NCBI GenBank assembly: GCA_963693055.1
Contig: OY843751.1
Coordinates: 1,728,001 to 1,792,000, forward strand
From: a bacterium
GTDB lineage: Bacteria; Zhuqueibacterota; Zhuqueibacteria; Residuimicrobiales; Krinioviventaceae
Direction of reading: 5' to 3'
Length of the DNA: 64,000 bases
Shown: positions 59,798 to 64,000 of the stretch, piece by piece
Layout: each line of letters opens with the position of its first letter
How positions within the stretch are numbered: position 1 is the stretch's first letter
Translations under genes and position numbers: made by a program
The notes under the pieces: generated by a model
The model's database searches: none
What the model saw: only the letters and a program-made list of their open reading frames with translations
Told to the model about the DNA's origin: nothing

Positions 59798-61234
59798 ATG
59801 GGATTAAATATTTATAATAGTTTGAGTCGTCAAAAAGAAGAATTTGTCCCAATTCAGGAGGGTCGTGTATCTATGTATGTTTGCGGCCCGACAGTTTATG
59901 ATTATCCCCACATTGGGCATGCAAAGAGTTATGTGTCATTTGATATTGTTGTGCGCTATTTAAGGTACCTTGGATATAATGTAAGATATGTTCAAAATAT
60001 AACAGATGTGGGACATCTGCTGGATTCTGGTGAAGATCGGATATTGAAACGAGCAGAGCGTGAAAAAGTTGAACCCATGGAACTTGTTGAAAAATATACA
60101 CATGCATATTTTCAGGCGATGGATGCATTGAATGTTATGAGGCCCGATATTTCCCCGCATGCTGCCGCTCATATCCCTGAGCAGATAGAGTTTGTTGAAA
60201 AATTGCTGGCAAAGGGATATGCTTACGAGTCGAAAGGGTCTGTTTATTTTGATGTTGATAAATGGCCCAATTATGGAAAGCTTTCGGGGCGAAAAGTAGA
60301 AGATCAACAGGCGGGAGCCAGAGTAGATGTTTTGGATGAAAAAAAGAATCCTGCAGATTTTGCGATCTGGAAAAAGGCTGAACCGGAACATATCATGCAA
60401 TGGAACAGTCCCTGGAGTAGAGGGTATCCCGGTTGGCATTTGGAATGTTCAGCCATGTCAATGAAGTATTTGGGTGAGAGTTTAGATATTCACGGTGGAG
60501 GTATGGAAAATCAGTTTCCACACCATGAATGTGAAATAGCTCAGAGTGAAGCCCTAACCGGTAAGTCATTTGTAAAATATTGGATGCATAACAATATGGT
60601 AATGGTTGATGGTGTAAAAATGAGTAAATCACTGGGCAATTTTACCACTGTATCTGACGCTTTGAGCAAATTTTCTGGCCAGCAAATCAGGTTTTTTGTG
60701 ATGCAGTCTCACTACAGGAGCCCTGTTGATTTTAGTGATATGGCAATTACAGCTGCCGGGCAGGGTCTTGAGAGATTGGTCCAAACCGTTAATAATCTTA
60801 CCAGTATGATAGGGCAGGTTGTTGACGGAGATGCAAGTGATGAAATTAAAGAAATAGCCGCTAAATACCGCAAGCAATTTGAAGCTGATATGAATGATGA
60901 TTTTAATACTCCCAATGCTATTGGCACCTTGTTTGATTTTAGTAAAGAGATAAACAAGCGAGTGCAGGAGGGAACCCTGGAGACAAAGCAGAGTTTAATG
61001 GTACTGAATGAAACATTTAGGGATTTGTCTGAAAATGTTTTAGGTTTGTCTTTTGAAAAAGAAGAGTCGGATGTTGAAGCGGCGCCATTTATAGATTTGT
61101 TGCTTGAGATTAGAAGAGAATTGCGTGAAAAAAAAGAGTGGCAATTGTCTGATCTGATTCGTGATGAGATGCAAAATAGAGGTGTTTTGATTAAGGATGG
61201 TAAAGAAAAGACGTCTTGGAGCGTAAAAAAGTAA
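59798..61234 (+). CDS. cysS: Cysteine-tRNA ligase
   Basis: CGPTVY, HIGH, PGWHLECS, FPHHE, KMSKS. Confidence 0.98.
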   Translation: MGLNIYNSLSRQKEEFVPIQEGRVSMYVCGPTVYDYPHIGHAKSYVSFDIVVRYLRYLGYNVRYVQNITDVGHLLDSGEDRILKRAEREKVEPMELVEKYTHAYFQAMDALNVMRPDISPHAAAHIPEQIEFVEKLLAKGYAYESKGSVYFDVDKWPNYGKLSGRKVEDQQAGARVDVLDEKKNPADFAIWKKAEPEHIMQWNSPWSRGYPGWHLECSAMSMKYLGESLDIHGGGMENQFPHHECEIAQSEALTGKSFVKYWMHNNMVMVDGVKMSKSLGNFTTVSDALSKFSGQQIRFFVMQSHYRSPVDFSDMAITAAGQGLERLVQTVNNLTSMIGQVVDGDASDEIKEIAAKYRKQFEADMNDDFNTPNAIGTLFDFSKEINKRVQEGTLETKQSLMVLNETFRDLSENVLGLSFEKEESDVEAAPFIDLLLEIRRELREKKEWQLSDLIRDEMQNRGVLIKDGKEKTSWSVKK

Positions 61235-61320
61235 AAAAAACTCATTAAATTAAAAAAAGTACTTGATTTTTCAATAAAATGTTCTAAATTAAAAGGCTTG
61301 TTAGTTCACGACATTTTGCC

Positions 61321-61393
61321 GCCACCATAGCTCAGCAGGTAGAGCGCCTCACTTGTAATGAGGATGTCGCGGGTTCGATTCCTGCTGGTGGCT
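61321..61393 (+). tRNA. tRNA-Thr(TGT)
   Basis: Cloverleaf; acceptor GCCACCA/TGGTGGC; loop CTTGTAA. Confidence 0.96.
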
Positions 61394-61409
61394 CTCAAGT
61401 AACGTGAAC

Positions 61410-61491
61410 GGGGAGGTTCCCGAGCGGTCAAAGGGAACAGACTGTAAATCTGTCGGCGACGCCTTCGGAGGTTCGAATCCTCCCCTCCCCA
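61410..61491 (+). tRNA. tRNA-Tyr(GTA)
   Basis: Acceptor GGGGAGG/CCTCCCC; loop CTGTAAA; long variable arm. Confidence 0.96.
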
Positions 61492-61584
61492 CAAAATGAT
61501 CGGACTCGGAATCTCTACAATCAAATGATGCTGAGCCGATCTTTTTTTGTAGCAGTAGGCAGTAGAGAAAAGAGAACGTTTTTG

Positions 61585-61658
61585 GCGGGAGTAACTCAGT
61601 TGGCTAGAGTCACAGCCTTCCAAGCTGTTGGTCGCGGGTTCGAGTCCCGTCTCCCGCT
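61585..61658 (+). tRNA. tRNA-Gly(TCC)
   Basis: Acceptor GCGGGAG/CTCCCGC; loop CTTCCAA. Confidence 0.96.
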
Positions 61659-61668
61659 CGCAAGAGTT

Positions 61669-61741
61669 GCCCACGTAGCTCAGTCGGTAGAGCACATCCT
61701 TGGTAAGGATGAGGTCACCAGTTCAATCCTGGTCGTGGGCT
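61669..61741 (+). tRNA. tRNA-Thr(GGT)
   Basis: Acceptor GCCCACG/CGTGGGC; loop TTGGTAA. Confidence 0.96.
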
Positions 61742-61801
61742 CAGCAGTAAGAAACGTTACAAGAAATTGGATTGAATTAATTTAGCTCAAAGGAGCAATT
61801 T

Positions 61802-62992
61802 ATGGCAAAGGAAAAGTTTGAGCGAACAAAGCCTCATGTGAATATTGGTACAATTGGTCACGTAGATCATGGTAAGACCACTTTGACGGCAGCGATTACT
61901 CAGACATTGAGCCGTCAAGGACTGGCCCAGGCTAGATCTTATGATGAAATTGACAATGCGCCGGAAGAAAAGGCACGTGGATTAACGATTAATGTGCACC
62001 ATGCTGAATATGAGAGTAAAAATCGTCACTATGCCCACGTTGACTGTCCGGGTCACGCTGACTATGTAAAGAATATGGTAACCGGTGCAGCGCAGATGGA
62101 CGGAGCGATCCTGGTAGTAAGCGCGGCAGATGGCCCTATGCCTCAGACCCGTGAGCACGTATTGCTTGCCCGTCAGGTAAACGTACCTTATTTGGTAGTA
62201 TTTTTGAACAAAGCAGATCAGGTAGATGATCCTGAATTGCTCGAACTGGTTGAGCTTGAAGTGCGTGAATTGTTGAGTCAGTACGAATTCCCAGGTGATG
62301 ACATTCCAGTAATTACTGGTAGTGCATTGCAGGCTCTTGAAAATCCGGAAGATGATGCCAAGATCCAACCGATTCTTGATTTGATGGAAGCAGTTGATAC
62401 TTATATTCCTGAACCGGAACGTGATATCGACAAGCCCTTCCTGATGCCGGTAGAGGATGTGTTCTCAATCACTGGTCGTGGTACTGTAGCAACCGGTCGT
62501 ATTGAGCGCGGTATTGTCAAGGTACAGGAAGAAGTAGAGATCATTGGTCTTGGATTGAAGAAAAAGACAGTATGTACCGGTGTAGAAATGTTCCGTAAGC
62601 TTTTGGATCAGGGTGAAGCCGGTGACAATGCAGGTCTGTTACTTCGTGGTGTTGACAAAGAAGAAATTGTTCGCGGAATGGTAATCGCGAAACCAGGTTC
62701 AATTACACCTCACAGAAAATTTCAGGGCGAGGTTTACGTATTGAGTAAAGAAGAAGGTGGACGTCATACACCATTCTTTAACGGATACCGTCCCCAGTTC
62801 TATTTCCGTACCACAGATGTAACTGGTGCAGTAGAGCTTCCTGAAGGAACTGAAATGGTAATGCCTGGCGATAATGTAACAATTACCGGTGAATTGATCA
62901 CTGATATCGCTATGGAAGAAGGATTGCGTTTTGCTATCCGTGAAGGTGGCCGCACAGTAGGTGCAGGTGTTGTAACTAAAATTATTGAATAG
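61802..62992 (+). CDS. tuf: Elongation factor Tu
   Basis: [24 protein letters not shown]. Confidence 0.99.
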   Translation: MAKEKFERTKPHVNIGTIGHVDHGKTTLTAAITQTLSRQGLAQARSYDEIDNAPEEKARGLTINVHHAEYESKNRHYAHVDCPGHADYVKNMVTGAAQMDGAILVVSAADGPMPQTREHVLLARQVNVPYLVVFLNKADQVDDPELLELVELEVRELLSQYEFPGDDIPVITGSALQALENPEDDAKIQPILDLMEAVDTYIPEPERDIDKPFLMPVEDVFSITGRGTVATGRIERGIVKVQEEVEIIGLGLKKKTVCTGVEMFRKLLDQGEAGDNAGLLLRGVDKEEIVRGMVIAKPGSITPHRKFQGEVYVLSKEEGGRHTPFFNGYRPQFYFRTTDVTGAVELPEGTEMVMPGDNVTITGELITDIAMEEGLRFAIREGGRTVGAGVVTKIIE

Positions 62993-63019
62993 TAACATAA
63001 ATCTTGTGGATCAATAATA

Positions 63020-63169
63020 ATGAGAGATTTAGTCATATTAGAATGCACCGAGTGTAAGCAACGCAATTACACTACTGATAAAAACAAACGGCTTCATACT
63101 GGAAGAATTGAGCACAAAAAGTATTGCCGTTGGTGTAACAAGCGAACTGTACACAAAGAAACACGATAG
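63020..63169 (+). CDS. rpmG: 50S ribosomal protein bL33 (not in ORF track)
   Basis: Translates as [49 protein letters not shown]. Confidence 0.96.
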   Translation: MRDLVILECTECKQRNYTTDKNKRLHTGRIEHKKYCRWCNKRTVHKETR

Positions 63170-63178
63170 CTTTGGCTT

Positions 63179-63252
63179 AGGCCTGTAGCACAATTGGCTA
63201 GTGCACCGGTCTCCAAAACCGGGGGTTGGGGGTTCGAATCCCTCCAGGCCTG
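63179..63252 (+). tRNA. tRNA-Trp(CCA)
   Basis: Acceptor AGGCCTG/CAGGCCT; loop CTCCAAA; between rpmG and secE. Confidence 0.96.
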
Positions 63253-63299
63253 CTAAGTAAAGTTTGCTGTTTTAAACAAATTAAATAAAGAGCGGGAAT

Positions 63300-63482
63300 A
63301 TGTTTCAAAAGATTAGTAAGTTTCTTAAAGATGTGAATTCAGAAATGTCCAAAGTGAGTTGGCCATCCCGCCAGGAATTAAAAGGTTCAACAATTGTAGT
63401 GATTGTTGTAACCTTTTTCTTTGCAGCATTTATTTTTCTGATTGATCATGTTTTATCACGGTTGATTAATATTATTTATTAA
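63300..63482 (+). CDS. secE: Preprotein translocase SecE
   Basis: EMSKVSWP followed by a TM helix. Confidence 0.95.
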   Translation: MFQKISKFLKDVNSEMSKVSWPSRQELKGSTIVVIVVTFFFAAFIFLIDHVLSRLINIIY

Positions 63483-63535
63483 CTGGTTGATAAGAATCGA
63501 ACGGCTAGAAGAAAAAAAAGGATCAGGCTAATATC

Positions 63536-64000
63536 TTGGAAGATCACGACGATTTAAAATGGTACGCAATACATGTTTTGTCCGGACATGAAAAGAAGGT
63601 TAAATTGTACCTTGAAAATGAAATTCGGCATAACAATCTTGAAGAAAAGATTGAAAAGATCTTGATTCCTTCAGAAGAAATTACTGAAATGAAGGATGGT
63701 AAGAAACGTACGCGTACAAAAATTATGTTTCCTGGTTATATGCTGATCAATATGGCCTTTGATAAAAATACACGTCACCTTGTATTGAATACGCCAGGTG
63801 TTACAAATTTCGTAGGCAAGAAAAATGAGCCTGTAGCATTGCGTCCAGATGAGGTTGACCGGATTATTGGAAAGGTAGAAGGGACTGATAAGGACCGTTC
63901 ACAGGTACCTTTTCATGTTGGAGATCCAATCAAGGTTGTTGACGGACCTTTTACTGATTTTACAGGTTTTGTTGAAGAAGTCAGTGAAGAAAAGAACAAA
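63536..64000 (+). CDS. nusG: Transcription factor NusG (runs off the window edge)
   Basis: TTG start; KWYAIHVLSGHEKKV, MFPGY, TPGVTNFVG, GDPIKVVDGPF. Confidence 0.95.
   Translation, partial: MEDHDDLKWYAIHVLSGHEKKVKLYLENEIRHNNLEEKIEKILIPSEEITEMKDGKKRTRTKIMFPGYMLINMAFDKNTRHLVLNTPGVTNFVGKKNEPVALRPDEVDRIIGKVEGTDKDRSQVPFHVGDPIKVVDGPFTDFTGFVEEVSEEKNK

Noticed and set aside
61306-61785. ORFs 61306-61695 (-) and 61525-61785 (+)
   Set aside because: They overlap four tRNA genes; spurious
1-64000. Prophage, retron, DGR or defence island
   Set aside because: No integrase, reverse transcriptase, phage structural or recognisable defence genes seen

Overview
AT-rich bacterial chromosomal segment using the standard genetic code. 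Secreted proteins with a PVE..F domain plus an NYPNPFN C-terminal domain, and the gene order, suggest an FCB-group lineage such as KSB1/Calditrichota (inference). The first ~26 kb is accessory: a secreted LamG-dockerin protein, an SGNH hydrolase with three in-frame stops, a complete IS256 with 8-bp target duplication, uxaA, small redox/regulatory genes, two sigma54-promoted secreted repeat proteins and a GH28/GH35 pectin cluster. The rest is core: a dcw cluster lacking murE, murD, murC, murB and ddl but with an extra small ORF between ftsA and ftsZ; a minus-strand carbon cluster (Re-citrate synthase, icd, lutABC, acnA, Ldh_2); and yebC-ruvCAB-queA-ispDF-cysS, five tRNAs, tuf, rpmG, secE and partial nusG. 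The best candidate for an undescribed system is a gamma-glutamylcyclotransferase fused to a putative carboxylate-amine ligase domain plus a stand-alone RsbRD-N-like protein, coupled between Re-citrate synthase and icd. All calls come from reading motifs by eye; no searches were run.
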